A stretch of DNA of 62,453 nt, filler included, from 4 parts of 4 records of this genome joined end to end with filler, not necessarily neighbours in it; one strand, 5' to 3'. Positions 7,630-17,991 are shown, counted from the first letter of the whole stretch. The notes: generated by a model from the sequence alone, not told the origin. Numbers and translations are program-made.

Positions 7630-10080
7630 TTACATTGCGCCCTTAGGTGCATCAAACACGGTTATTTCAGGCAGTTGACCCTTATATTTCTCGATCTGCA
7701 CCAGACTGGTGTTGGCATTAACAGCCTGTGCCAGCTTGGAGCTTCCTTTGTCCAAAGTCAGGACATTGGCACTACCGTAAGCGCACATGGACCCGGATTT
7801 TCCCGGTTCAATAGGATCATACCAACCGCCTTCACAAAGACGGACGACTCCCTGACGAAGGTTGTCTGTCACCATGGCTCCGGCCAGAACCGCACCGCGA
7901 TCATTAAAGATGCGAACAACCTCGCCATCCTTGATTCCACGGGCCTTGGCATCTTCCACACTGATCCACACAGGTTCGCGTCCCTGAATCGTGTACAGCT
8001 TGCGCAATGCTTTCACATGATTCATCTGCGAATGCAGACGATGTCTTGGGTGAGAGGTCATCATATGCAAGGGGTAAGTCTTGGCCTTTTCGCATCCAAG
8101 CCACTCGGTCGGCTCAATCCAAGAAGGATATGCCTTGCAATCGTCATAGCCCATTTTGGCAATGGCGTTGGAATAGATTTCGATCTTGCCGGAAGGCGTT
8201 CCCAACGGCTCAAGAAGCGGATCTTCACGATATTCGTTATAGCGGACCCAGGTCTTGGCGGATTCAGGCACCTTGAATTCAAGGATTTCACCCTTGTCCC
8301 AAAACTCCTTGAAGGCAGGCATGGTCAAACCTTTACGCTTTGCATCAGCCATGGCCTGATTATAGAAGAATTCAAGCCATTGTGCGCCTGTCTTGCCCTC
8401 AGTAAACTGAGAACCAATGCCGAGTTTGCCTGCAACAAAGGCGAAAGCATCATAGGTCGGCTTGGATTCATACTGCGGCTTGATCGCCGGCTTCAGGGGA
8501 ATAAGGAAACGGCCGTCTTCACTGGTCGTCATATCCATGCACTCGGCCGGTGTAGAGATAGGCAGCACGATGTCAGCCATCCGTGCGGTGGGTGTCCAGA
8601 ACATTTCATGGACAACAATGCACTCGGGTTTCTGCCATGCCCTGATAGCGGATTCACGTTGCGGCTGACGAGTATGGGAGTTGGCGAATCCATTATAAAT
8701 CATTTTGATGTCGGGATACTTAACCTTGCGCCCATTGTAATCAATGATCTTGCCCGGATTCAACAGCATGTCGATATTCCGTGCGGTAGGAATCGGCGTA
8801 GGAGCACCTTCAGGTGTCTTACCGCCAGACATACCGGGAACACTCGGAGCATTTGCAAACGGAGCACCCTGACTGGAATACAGGTGACCAATACTAAAAC
8901 CACCACCGGGCAGACCGATCTGACCAAGCATGCACGCCAAAGTTACCAACATCCAGTGAGGTTGCTCACCGTGGTCGGCACGCTGGATACCCCAACCACT
9001 CATCAGGATAGTACGATTCTTGGCGAAGACTTCAGCCAACTCGCGCATTGTCTTGGCAGGCACACCGCAGACGGATTCTGCCCATTCAGGCGTTTTTGGC
9101 TGACCATCGGATTCACCAAGCAGATAAGGAAGAAACTTGTCGAAGCCACTTGTATACTCTTCCATAAACGACTTGTCTGTCAGACCTTTTTCATGAACCG
9201 TATACGCGATGCCCAACATCATGGCGACATCGGTATTAGGACGCGGAGCAATCCATTCTCCGCCCAATTCCTGAATGGATTCGTTACGGGTCGGATCAAT
9301 AAAGATGAGACGCTTGCCGCGTTTCTTTAACTCCTCAAAACTCTCGATGCCCTTGTGGGTCGGAGCCGGCCAAGAAATGCGCAACGTGTTCATCGGGTTT
9401 CCACCCCAGATGACGACCACATCGGAATTTTCAACAATCACGGGCCATGAAGTCTGCTGGCTGTAAACTTCCATATTACCGACAACATACGGCATGATGA
9501 CCTGCGAAGCACCGGTTGAATAGTCTCCCACAGCACGGACAAAACCACCCATCAAGTTGGAAAGACGGCTCATGCAGGCGCCTGCCGAGTTAACCTTACC
9601 CAACATGTACCACCCACTGGGAGTGGAATAGACGGAATCCTGTCCATACTCCTTGGTTATACGATAAAGGTTGTCGGCAATCAGCTCACCGGCCTTATCC
9701 CAGCTGACTCGAACAAACTCGCCTTTACCTCGTTCAGAAGTATCAGACTTGTAACCATCTTTCAGAAAGCCCTTGCGTACCATGGGGTACTTGATGCGAG
9801 CGGGGGAATGAACGTATCCCGGCATATTGGTGGTCATCTCGTTGACGGAGCTGTCCTTGCCGAAAGGTTCGGATTTCACGATCTTGCCATTCTGAGCCTG
9901 AAGCTTGAAAATGCCCCAGAAAGTAGCGCAGGAACCTGCGTTCATTTCAGGGCTTCCGGCCATGGCTGTCCCGAGCATGGATGGTCCCAACAACGATGTC
10001 GCAACACCTGCGGCTGCGGAATAACCGAGGAATTGACGACGCGACATTCCTGGTCTGTTGTTCTGATTCGATTGTGTCAC
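7630..10080 (-). CDS. torA: Periplasmic molybdopterin N-/S-oxide reductase, TorA-like TMAO reductase
   Basis: Tat motif SRRQFL; no N-terminal Fe-S motif; Mo-ligand Ser in GDYSTGA; RIKYPMVRKG, LGTPSGKIEIYS, HPRHRLHSQ; GTG start after GGAGG; next to torC and torD. Confidence 0.85.
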   Translation of the reverse strand: MTQSNQNNRPGMSRRQFLGYSAAAGVATSLLGPSMLGTAMAGSPEMNAGSCATFWGIFKLQAQNGKIVKSEPFGKDSSVNEMTTNMPGYVHSPARIKYPMVRKGFLKDGYKSDTSERGKGEFVRVSWDKAGELIADNLYRITKEYGQDSVYSTPSGWYMLGKVNSAGACMSRLSNLMGGFVRAVGDYSTGASQVIMPYVVGNMEVYSQQTSWPVIVENSDVVVIWGGNPMNTLRISWPAPTHKGIESFEELKKRGKRLIFIDPTRNESIQELGGEWIAPRPNTDVAMMLGIAYTVHEKGLTDKSFMEEYTSGFDKFLPYLLGESDGQPKTPEWAESVCGVPAKTMRELAEVFAKNRTILMSGWGIQRADHGEQPHWMLVTLACMLGQIGLPGGGFSIGHLYSSQGAPFANAPSVPGMSGGKTPEGAPTPIPTARNIDMLLNPGKIIDYNGRKVKYPDIKMIYNGFANSHTRQPQRESAIRAWQKPECIVVHEMFWTPTARMADIVLPISTPAECMDMTTSEDGRFLIPLKPAIKPQYESKPTYDAFAFVAGKLGIGSQFTEGKTGAQWLEFFYNQAMADAKRKGLTMPAFKEFWDKGEILEFKVPESAKTWVRYNEYREDPLLEPLGTPSGKIEIYSNAIAKMGYDDCKAYPSWIEPTEWLGCEKAKTYPLHMMTSHPRHRLHSQMNHVKALRKLYTIQGREPVWISVEDAKARGIKDGEVVRIFNDRGAVLAGAMVTDNLRQGVVRLCEGGWYDPIEPGKSGSMCAYGSANVLTLDKGSSKLAQAVNANTSLVQIEKYKGQLPEITVFDAPKGAM

Positions 10081-10104
10081 AAGAATTACCTCCGTAATGT
10101 GTAG

Positions 10105-10767
10105 TTAGGCAGCGTGTGCTGCATGAATAGAATTTGCACTGCCCGTCAAAGAATCCGATAAGACCCTTCGCGTAAAACTTGCCAAAGCGGCATAGAAACC
10201 GTTTCGATCATTGCGTTCACAGGCAGTCAAAAAGTAAGGAAGCCATGCATTGATTTGATCACGCACTAATTGATCATGATATTCACTCCATGGCCCATCA
10301 GGGTCAGAAGCTGACCGCGCTTCCAGATAACCAAGAAACTCCAACTGTACGCTCACGTGATCAGCAGACTCATCGCTCTCCAGAGCCGGTCCGAGGTCGC
10401 ATCGAGACATGAGTTCCGCACAGGTATCAATACAATTCATTTGCGAACCGTCGGACTCCTCCGACCAGTCATGCCAATGCGTAGGCGCAGCCTTTGGCCC
10501 CCCGACTCCATGAAAAAGCCACGAGAATGCACCAGCCAAATCCAACACGGTATCCTCGGATGTTCCGGGGCCCTGAAGAATAGACCGCATACGTTCAAGT
10601 TCAACGGCCTCAGGGATCTCACCTGCAATCGTATCGAGGAGTACTCGGCCTTTGCCGTTCCTGTAACTTTCGACATCGTCCAGAGTGAGTTCGCGTGCAA
10701 ACAATGTTGCGATCCACGTCAGAATCAACGGCCTATTGATCATGGTGTTCTTTTCTTCTTTCAGCAT
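10105..10767 (-). CDS. torD: TorD/DmsD-family molybdoenzyme chaperone
   Basis: ESADHVSVQLEFL motif, WLPYF..C, FYAALA. Confidence 0.8.
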   Translation of the reverse strand: MLKEEKNTMINRPLILTWIATLFARELTLDDVESYRNGKGRVLLDTIAGEIPEAVELERMRSILQGPGTSEDTVLDLAGAFSWLFHGVGGPKAAPTHWHDWSEESDGSQMNCIDTCAELMSRCDLGPALESDESADHVSVQLEFLGYLEARSASDPDGPWSEYHDQLVRDQINAWLPYFLTACERNDRNGFYAALASFTRRVLSDSLTGSANSIHAAHAA

Positions 10768-10778
10768 ACAAAACCTCT

Positions 10779-11936
10779 TTATGAATGAGTCTCTCCGGAG
10801 ACATCAGATGCTCTCATCTGGAGATATTTCAGCAAAAGCCGATAGTTATTCTTCTCCAACGACACTCTGTTGCCCATAGACTTGATGCCGCCAATCCACT
10901 GATTGGCCGTAAAATGACTGGCTGGGGTCTGTGCATGGCATCCACCGCACGTCGCCGCATGAAGTTCACTGCCGTAGTTGTTCAACCGGTCAATATCAGC
11001 AACAAATTCACCGACTTTAATCCAGCAGTCGAATTCAGCCTTACGCCATGATTGCCCGGTTTCAGGGTCAACCATGGGTTCTCCGCCTTTGACTGTATCG
11101 AGCACTTTCTTACTCAGGGCAGCCGCGAAAACACGCCGCCCCTGAGCTTCACATATGACGCGTTCAGCCCCGATCTGCTGCCAACCACGAACACGGACTT
11201 TGGCCCAGTCACCGGATGTTTCGAGGACTTCAAGTTTGGTAAGGGGAAGGAGTCTGCCAGCTTTAGAGCCATCTTTTTCAAGAAAGCAACTGGCTACACT
11301 GATTGGATAAACGGCCTCGACATCAAAATCACCGTTCTTGGCCTCACTTTGGATTTCTTCATACAACATTCTAAATCCGGCAGAGAGGTCCGGCATGGTA
11401 TGCGCGATGCCTTTATGGCAATCGATGCACGTCTGCCCGTCCTGCAAACCCTTTTGCATGGTCTTGGCGGATTCAGGTTTCTTGAAGGCCGTAAAATCAA
11501 AAGCGGTGATATTGTGACAGGATTTGCATTCGCGAGAATCGCTTTCTTTAAAATCAGCCCACACGCTTTTTGCAAGTCTCAATCTATTTTCTTCAAATTT
11601 TTCAGGAGTATCAATAGTGCCAGCCATCCAACTAAATATCTCGGAAACCGATGCGGCCTTTCTTTCCAGCATGGGTATCAAGGGTTGCGGCACATGGCAG
11701 GATGAGCACTTGGCTCGAACACCCGACGGGTTGTTAAAATGCTTTGTTTTCTTGAACTCAGGGTACACAGTTTGTTCCATGACATGACACGATAGACACA
11801 AACCGTTTCCGTCATCCTCATCACCTTCTGACCCGGCCCCTACGGCGGCAGAAATAAGTAACACCCCTCCCAGACATACTCCGGCAAGCAGGAGCCACTG
11901 ACGTTTGCCAATCCTGGCACCGAATCCCTTTTCCAT
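10779..11936 (-). CDS. torC: Pentahaem c-type cytochrome TorC/DorC (NapC/NirT domain plus C-terminal monohaem)
   Basis: Five CxxCH motifs (CLSCH, CSSCH, CKSCH, CIDCH, CGGCH), N-terminal hydrophobic anchor, TCIDCHKGIAH, ANQW. Confidence 0.9.
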   Translation of the reverse strand: MEKGFGARIGKRQWLLLAGVCLGGVLLISAAVGAGSEGDEDDGNGLCLSCHVMEQTVYPEFKKTKHFNNPSGVRAKCSSCHVPQPLIPMLERKAASVSEIFSWMAGTIDTPEKFEENRLRLAKSVWADFKESDSRECKSCHNITAFDFTAFKKPESAKTMQKGLQDGQTCIDCHKGIAHTMPDLSAGFRMLYEEIQSEAKNGDFDVEAVYPISVASCFLEKDGSKAGRLLPLTKLEVLETSGDWAKVRVRGWQQIGAERVICEAQGRRVFAAALSKKVLDTVKGGEPMVDPETGQSWRKAEFDCWIKVGEFVADIDRLNNYGSELHAATCGGCHAQTPASHFTANQWIGGIKSMGNRVSLEKNNYRLLLKYLQMRASDVSGETHS

Positions 11937-11991
11937 TCAAATTCTCCTTTACGTTCCTGTTATGGTCGATTCACTTATCCTCAAACGCAAA

Positions 11992-12007
11992 AGCAAGATG
12001 GATACCA
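11992..12007 (-). promoter_or_regulatory. Sigma54 -24/-12 promoter of torCDA
   Basis: Minus strand TGGTAT-CCATC-TTGCT, about 55 nt upstream of torC. Confidence 0.75.
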
Positions 12008-12071
12008 TGACGCACAAGAACAAAAAAACCTTTCATCCCAATGAGTTATACTCGAATAAGCTTGTTCATAT

Positions 12072-12145
12072 TTACGGTTTTTCTGGAAAGTTCCACCAAG
12101 AGCGGAGAGTTTTCCAAAGACTTTGGAAAACCGATGTGTATGGAA
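12072..12145. promoter_or_regulatory. Tandem TTCC-N9-GGAA upstream activator-like sites
   Basis: Sites at 12072, 12091, 12112 (inside the perfect palindrome GTTTTCCAAAG-A-CTTTGGAAAAC) and 12129. Confidence 0.65.
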
Positions 12146-12161
12146 ACAAAAAAAACACCAT

Positions 12162-12195
12162 AAAAAAAAGGCTTACGGTATCAACGTAAGCCCTT
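12162..12195 (-). terminator. Intrinsic terminator of the dms operon
   Basis: Stem GGCTTACG/CGTAAGCC followed by T8 on the minus strand. Confidence 0.8.
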
Positions 12196-12230
12196 GAAGC
12201 ATCTTTGGAAGGATAAAAAAAGCGAGTAAA

Positions 12231-13253
12231 TCATACCCCCAGCTTATGCGCACAAACAGTGCAATATCCATTGGTCAACATTGTTGACGCAGCCTTGCAT
12301 CGTTTACACGTTTGAAGCGAGCCTGAATACAGAATACGAGGAGTTTCATCCGTCAATGATACGGAAACGGCTGGACGACGCTGTATACTTTCAGAAAGGC
12401 ATGATTTGACACACAGGTTGCAATCAACGCATTTCCATGCAGTAAATCGGATTGAAAACGTATTATTCTCGACAATAAATTCCAGCGCATTCACCGGACA
12501 AACTCTGGAGCAGGTTCCACACCCGGTACAGGATTGAACGACTACCATCTCTGCAATTCGTACAGATTCGGGCACATGCTCTAAACACGACAACAAACGA
12601 AATGCCGTATGCAACCGGAGTCGTTTGGAACCAGTCGTCTGGGTCTGTAAAAGCACCGACTTATCGGCATTCACTGGAGCGGACACGGCCTCTTTCCGCG
12701 AACCGAACATATTGAACAGTCCACGCCGTGACATGGTGTTTGCACTCGTTTGGCGAGAGGTCTTTTTCTCTACACAGTACATTTTTGCAGAAACGGCAGG
12801 ACATGTCAGACGAAACGCATCCAAGGTTCTGGCAAACAATCTGCAATGATCGCCCTTTGGACATTTCTCACAATCGCCGTGCACAAATCGAAGGGTTTTA
12901 ACATCAACAAGGGCCAAAGCCGCCAAAACATCCATCCCGAGAGCAGAAAGGCAACCATCCAACTGTACCATTTCCTCAGGGGCAAAGGGGATGGCAAAAC
13001 ACCCCACAGAAATGGTAACAGTTGGACAGAGAGAGGTGATTTTTTTCAGGAGACGCCCTGCTGCATTATGCGTCACCGCATCAACAGGACAAACCGCAGC
13101 ACAGGCACCACATGCCAGACAAATATCTCCGATAAAACACGGACTATCAGCAAAAGAAATTGCCTTAGAAGGACACACATCGGCGCACAAAGTGCACTCT
13201 CCCCCCTTGAACCGGAGACATGTGCTTTCCGTAAAAACCGGTTGGTACGGCAT
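12231..13253 (-). CDS. Polyferredoxin-like 4Fe-4S binding protein
   Basis: CTLCADVCP, CLACGACAAVCP, CTGCGTCSRVCP, CVDCNLCVKSC, C-terminal CKRC/CTVC; internal SRRGLF. Confidence 0.85.
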   Translation of the reverse strand: MPYQPVFTESTCLRFKGGECTLCADVCPSKAISFADSPCFIGDICLACGACAAVCPVDAVTHNAAGRLLKKITSLCPTVTISVGCFAIPFAPEEMVQLDGCLSALGMDVLAALALVDVKTLRFVHGDCEKCPKGDHCRLFARTLDAFRLTCPAVSAKMYCVEKKTSRQTSANTMSRRGLFNMFGSRKEAVSAPVNADKSVLLQTQTTGSKRLRLHTAFRLLSCLEHVPESVRIAEMVVVQSCTGCGTCSRVCPVNALEFIVENNTFSIRFTAWKCVDCNLCVKSCLSESIQRRPAVSVSLTDETPRILYSGSLQTCKRCKAASTMLTNGYCTVCAHKLGV

Positions 13254-13272
13254 ACAGCTTACCGAGCTAAAA

Positions 13273-13911
13273 TTATTGAGCCAATATCCGGGGCAAAGAA
13301 TCCACCATACTCATGCACAGTCGGGCCATTGAGGTGTAATACTCCGTGACCGATTTTGATTCTATTTCCACCAGACAATCCTTTGCCCATTTCCCAAAGT
13401 GATCCTGATAAAAAGATTTGGCATCTTCGGCACACTCATCAGCTTTGACGGTATCGCCCGCCTCCATCGCATCTGCTGACAAGGCGAACAAACGAGCCAT
13501 GAAATCCAGCTCCAAGCCGATATGGTCGTCCGGTTCATTGTTTAACTTGGGCGCAACAACCCCGTAACGGGCGTACGCCTCACGCACTGCAAATGTAGGG
13601 TCACCAAAAAGGAGCCGTTCCTTGGTCGTCCAGACTGATTCCCACACAGGTACAGCGGAATCAGGAATGACAAACAACGCATTGTAATCATCCTGCAAAA
13701 GGGCCATTCCCTGCTCATCAAGATCGGCAATACAGGAGGTCAGCAGGTCAAGAGAGGCCTTATCTTCAACGGATGCTTCCAGCGGCCATTCTTCCAAAAG
13801 GTTTTCATCACGAACCTGAGAAATGAATTCTTTTTCCGGGTCGTGCGAAAAGACTCTGCCGAAAAAAGCGCATACTATGGCCGCAGCAAAATATGTATCT
13901 GATGTTTCCAT
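13273..13911 (-). CDS. dmsD: DmsD/TorD-family chaperone
   Basis: PVWESVW and EPDDHIGLEL motifs; follows dmsABC. Confidence 0.85.
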   Translation of the reverse strand: METSDTYFAAAIVCAFFGRVFSHDPEKEFISQVRDENLLEEWPLEASVEDKASLDLLTSCIADLDEQGMALLQDDYNALFVIPDSAVPVWESVWTTKERLLFGDPTFAVREAYARYGVVAPKLNNEPDDHIGLELDFMARLFALSADAMEAGDTVKADECAEDAKSFYQDHFGKWAKDCLVEIESKSVTEYYTSMARLCMSMVDSLPRILAQ

Positions 13912-13922
13912 GATTTTCCAAA

Positions 13923-13948
13923 GACCCGAGGGAATTATCCCTCGGGTC
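13923..13948 (-). other. Intra-operon stem-loop between dmsC and dmsD
   Basis: 11-bp inverted repeat GACCCGAGGGA-ATTA-TCCCTCGGGTC. Confidence 0.6.
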
Positions 13949-13959
13949 ATATTTGTATA

Positions 13960-14835
13960 TTACAGTCCGATTCGGAGGTAGGTCCCGTAGAACATGAGTC
14001 TGGCGACAATCTCACCGGCAAGTACAAGCCCAAAGGCGCACAGGCTGATATTGGTCATGGCGCTCATTTCATTGGATGCAATGATCTTGTAGACACCCCA
14101 TGCAAACACTGCCGTTCCCAAAAAGGTCAATGCGACACAGGCAACGAACAGGAATGTTCCTCCCGATGTCAGTATATCAATACCGGAAACGCCCAGATTA
14201 TTCGTTGCATCAAGGGAAATCATATCAAGCGGTATGCCTATAAACTTCAATCCCAACCCCAGTATGGCCGCAACAATGAATGCACCGGCAATACGGATAT
14301 GGTCGCCTTTTTCAAGCTCGTCGCCCTTGTTGGCCTGAATGCCAAACAGCACGCCGCCCGCAATGGAACCGAGAATCAACATGGTGCCATAGAAGCCCAG
14401 CATGGTTGAAATGCTGTCCCATACCGGTACGGTTTGCAGCATGTATACTCTGGACATGACGAACACAGTGACAAGCCCCAGAATACTGGCGGCCACAGAG
14501 ACTCCGGTCGCTTTGGCTTCCGGCGATTTCATGCGAATGACGGCCAATGCCACAACCGAGACAAAAAAGCCTCCGGTGGCAAGAATCTCACGACTCAACC
14601 ATGAAGAACCTGCGTTGAGTATCGTATAGACACTGTGCATCGGGGTCCCAAGATGTCCTAAGGAAAACAACAAGGAAGCACCCGTCACCAGACTGATTGT
14701 CGGAAGCTGCCACGAGAAGCTCTTGCTGACAGAAGACGGCGAAATAACCCGCGCGACTTCAGACACCAACAACATACCAATTGCGGTTTGTACGAGGATG
14801 GTGAAAATGACCAGACTCCATTCATTAAAGAGCAT
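13960..14835 (-). CDS. dmsC: DMSO reductase membrane anchor
   Basis: EWSLVIFT, HLGTP, SWLSRE, E..ARLMFY, multiple TM helices. Confidence 0.9.
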   Translation of the reverse strand: MLFNEWSLVIFTILVQTAIGMLLVSEVARVISPSSVSKSFSWQLPTISLVTGASLLFSLGHLGTPMHSVYTILNAGSSWLSREILATGGFFVSVVALAVIRMKSPEAKATGVSVAASILGLVTVFVMSRVYMLQTVPVWDSISTMLGFYGTMLILGSIAGGVLFGIQANKGDELEKGDHIRIAGAFIVAAILGLGLKFIGIPLDMISLDATNNLGVSGIDILTSGGTFLFVACVALTFLGTAVFAWGVYKIIASNEMSAMTNISLCAFGLVLAGEIVARLMFYGTYLRIGL

Positions 14836-14837
14836 TG

Positions 14838-15458
14838 TTACACCTCCTCAGGGTTTTGAATTTTACCAAGACGGGAACCGGCGGGTTGCGCATTGCGATT
14901 AGCCGAAACAATCAAGTTGGGATATGTAATAGACGGGTCAGGCAACGGAGCGACAACTTGAGAAGCTCCATGTTTGGCGACCAAATCTTCATATTCTCCA
15001 AACTCAAGAGCACGAGTGGGACATGCAGCCACACACGCCGGAGGCTTACCCTGTTCCAGATAATCACGACAGAAGTCGCATTTTTCCATCTTGCCCTTTT
15101 TGGCATTGTACTGCGGGGCGGAATAGGGACAACCCCATTCGCAATAACGACAGCCAACACACTTGTCGTGATCGACGCTGACGATACCATTTTCATCCTT
15201 GTGCATGGCCGTGGTCGGACATGAACGGACGCAAATGGGATTCTCGCAATGGTTGCATGAAACAGACAGGTAATAGGCGAATACGTTCTGTTCATATGCA
15301 CCGTTTTTGTCTTTCATCCAATCGCCGCCAGCATACTCGGTGACACGCCTGAAAAGAACGCCATCAGGGAGATCATTCTTATCCATGCAGGCGATCATGC
15401 ACGTTTTACATCCCGTGCATGCTTCCATATCAAAATAAAATGCAGGTCTTTTTAACAT
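14838..15458 (-). CDS. dmsB: DMSO reductase Fe-S subunit
   Basis: CTGCKTCMIAC, SCNHCENPICVRSCP, CVGCRYCEWGCPY, KCDFC...ACVAACP. Confidence 0.93.
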   Translation of the reverse strand: MLKRPAFYFDMEACTGCKTCMIACMDKNDLPDGVLFRRVTEYAGGDWMKDKNGAYEQNVFAYYLSVSCNHCENPICVRSCPTTAMHKDENGIVSVDHDKCVGCRYCEWGCPYSAPQYNAKKGKMEKCDFCRDYLEQGKPPACVAACPTRALEFGEYEDLVAKHGASQVVAPLPDPSITYPNLIVSANRNAQPAGSRLGKIQNPEEV

Positions 15459-15471
15459 CAATCAGTCTCCC

Positions 15472-17910
15472 TTACGCCTTTTCGACCTGTACAAGGTTGG
15501 TATGCTGGGGATTCCCCTTTGCCAACGGTGAAGGACGAAGTGTCGTCAGAACGTTTACACAGCCACCGTGGTCGGCTCCATCCTTGCCCGGATCAAACCA
15601 AGCCCCCTCAGGCAGGGTCAAAACACCTGGCATGATGCGGGGTGTGACCTTGGCCGTGGTGTAAACCACGCCCCGAGCGTTGAAGACCTTGACCTTTCCA
15701 CCGTGGACGATGCCCCGTTCTTCGGCATCCATGGGATTAATCCAAAGTTCCTGTGGCGCGACTTTTTTCAGCCAGTCCACATTGCCGTACGTGGAGTGTG
15801 TACGTTGTTTGTAATGATGACCGATCAATTGCAGAGGGAATTCCTTTTTCAAGGGGTCGGAAACACCTTCCCAAGTGGGAGCGTATTCCGGAAGGCCGGA
15901 GATAACATCGCCTTCGGCGAGTTCCCAGTCATGAGCGATGTCCCAAAGCTGCTTGGAAAAGATTTCCAATTTACCGGAAGGACTTTTCAAAGGATGACCT
16001 TCTGGATCATCACGGAATTCCTTGTAAGGAACTGGAGGCAAACCGGGCTTTTCCCGCTTATACAGTCCCATGGCAAAGGCATCCTCAAGCTTGGCGGGAA
16101 GCTCGGGCAATTTTTCGCGGGACTTCTGATAGACATATTCAACCCATTGCGCACGGGTCCGTCCCTCAGTGTACTTCTGTTCCGCACCCAGACGTTTGGC
16201 AACGCCTGCACAGATATCAAAAATGGTACGGCTTTCAAAAAGCGGCTCAATGACTTTTTCTGCAAAAACGACATAGCCCATTTCCGATGCAAAACCTTGC
16301 GGGGCAAAATCATCCTCTTCAAGATTTGAAGTCGCAGGCAAAAGGTAATCAGCGAATTTGGCGCTTGGCGTCATGAAGTTATCCACGACCACAACGGTTT
16401 CACACTTGCTGTCATCAGCAAGAATTTCCGATGTCCGATTGCTGTCTGAATGCTGATTCACAAGACAGTTGCCAGCATAGTTCCAAATGAACTTGATAGG
16501 TGCTTCCAGACGATCACGTCCCTGCACACCATCTCTTTTTGCGGTCATTTCCGTGCCGCGTTCAATGGCATCGGTCCAGGTAAAGCAGGATATGGATGTC
16601 TTGACTGGATTTTCAAGAACCGGGAAAGGAGCAAACGGGATTCCATACCCGCTCTCACGGGCGCCGGTGTTACCGCCCTGCACTCCCACATTCCCTGTAA
16701 GGATAGGCAACATGCTGATGGCACGACAGTTGTTTTCTCCGTTGGCCTGACGTTGTACGGACCAACCCTGAGAAATATAACAAGGCTCTGCCTGACCAAT
16801 TTCACGAGCAAGCTGAACAATACGGCGAACGGGAATACCCGTAATCTTCGAAGCCCATTCCGGTGTCTTTGCCTGTCCATCCTTACCCTTGCCCAGAATG
16901 TAAGACTTGTAAGAATTACCGGCAGGCACGCCTTCAGGCATGGACTCTTCGTCATAGCCGACGGTACACCGCTTAATAAAATCATTATCAACCAGATTTT
17001 CGGAAATCATCACATGGGCCAAACCGCAAACCAAAGCAGCATCGGTTCCCGGACGGATGGGAATCCATTCATCAGCCAATGTTGTGGCTGTATCCGTAAA
17101 ACGAGGATCAACGACAATAATCCGCGCATACCCTTTTTTTCTGGCCTGAATCACATCGTGCACAAGACCACCACCGCTCATACGGGTGGCAGCGGGATTG
17201 TTGCCGAACAACACGACCAACTTGCTGTTGACGATATCAGACAAGAGGTTGCCACGAACCCACCCCTTACCAAAGGTATACGGCAACGCCATGTCGATCT
17301 GTGCGTCACTATACGTTCCATACTGATTGAGGTAGCCGCCCAAACAGTTCATGAGGCGGGCAACAGGAGTGGAGCCAGTCGGCCAGGACTTGGACATGAC
17401 TGCGCCAAGGTTGCCGGTGCCATAATTCAGATATACGGACTCGTTGCCCCACTTCTCAATAGTATCGCCCAAACTCTTTGCGATTCCATCCAAAGCCTCG
17501 TCCCAGGAAATACGCTCGAACTTGCCTTCACCACGTTTGCCCACACGCTTCATGGGGTACTTCAAACGATCCGGCGCATAAATACGGTGGCGCATTGAAC
17601 GACCGCGTAAACAAGCACGAACCTGATGATCGCCATAAATATCTTCACCTTTGTCGTCTGTTTCGACACGGGTGACCACGCCATCCTTTACAAAAGCCCG
17701 CAAGGCACATCGGCTGCCGCAGTTCACATTGCAGGATGTCCAAACAACCTTATCGGCGAATGGTTCAGCGCTCTCAACAGACCGAAGACCATAAAAAACA
17801 CCGGTTCCCGACAGGGCTGTCACCCCACCGAGCGCGGCACTCCATTTCAGGAATTTACGTCTTCCAAGCCGCCCTTCTACAGGGGTTTTCTCAGATTCCT
17901 TCTTACCCAT
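15472..17910 (-). CDS. dmsA: DMSO reductase catalytic subunit (DmsA/YnfE family)
   Basis: Tat motif GRRKFLK, CNVNCGSRC...RACLRGR FS0 motif, YGTYS Mo-ligand Ser, C-terminal LAKGNPQHTNLV. Confidence 0.92.
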   Translation of the reverse strand: MGKKESEKTPVEGRLGRRKFLKWSAALGGVTALSGTGVFYGLRSVESAEPFADKVVWTSCNVNCGSRCALRAFVKDGVVTRVETDDKGEDIYGDHQVRACLRGRSMRHRIYAPDRLKYPMKRVGKRGEGKFERISWDEALDGIAKSLGDTIEKWGNESVYLNYGTGNLGAVMSKSWPTGSTPVARLMNCLGGYLNQYGTYSDAQIDMALPYTFGKGWVRGNLLSDIVNSKLVVLFGNNPAATRMSGGGLVHDVIQARKKGYARIIVVDPRFTDTATTLADEWIPIRPGTDAALVCGLAHVMISENLVDNDFIKRCTVGYDEESMPEGVPAGNSYKSYILGKGKDGQAKTPEWASKITGIPVRRIVQLAREIGQAEPCYISQGWSVQRQANGENNCRAISMLPILTGNVGVQGGNTGARESGYGIPFAPFPVLENPVKTSISCFTWTDAIERGTEMTAKRDGVQGRDRLEAPIKFIWNYAGNCLVNQHSDSNRTSEILADDSKCETVVVVDNFMTPSAKFADYLLPATSNLEEDDFAPQGFASEMGYVVFAEKVIEPLFESRTIFDICAGVAKRLGAEQKYTEGRTRAQWVEYVYQKSREKLPELPAKLEDAFAMGLYKREKPGLPPVPYKEFRDDPEGHPLKSPSGKLEIFSKQLWDIAHDWELAEGDVISGLPEYAPTWEGVSDPLKKEFPLQLIGHHYKQRTHSTYGNVDWLKKVAPQELWINPMDAEERGIVHGGKVKVFNARGVVYTTAKVTPRIMPGVLTLPEGAWFDPGKDGADHGGCVNVLTTLRPSPLAKGNPQHTNLVQVEKA

Positions 17911-17975
17911 AACTATCCTCACTCGTTTGACTGTGCGCGAGGGCACAGTGAATCTAACATCATGGGAATTTTGAT

Positions 17976-17991
17976 ATCAACAACTGTGCCA
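17976..17991 (-). promoter_or_regulatory. Sigma54-like promoter of dmsA
   Basis: Minus strand TGGCAC-AGTTG-TTGAT (one mismatch in the -12 box). Confidence 0.65.

Noticed and set aside
7675-9330. 551-aa plus-strand ORF
   Set aside because: Antisense shadow of torA with no recognisable motifs. The same applies to 15568-16329 and 16450-17598 opposite dmsA, and to 22386-23240 opposite the FmdE fusion.
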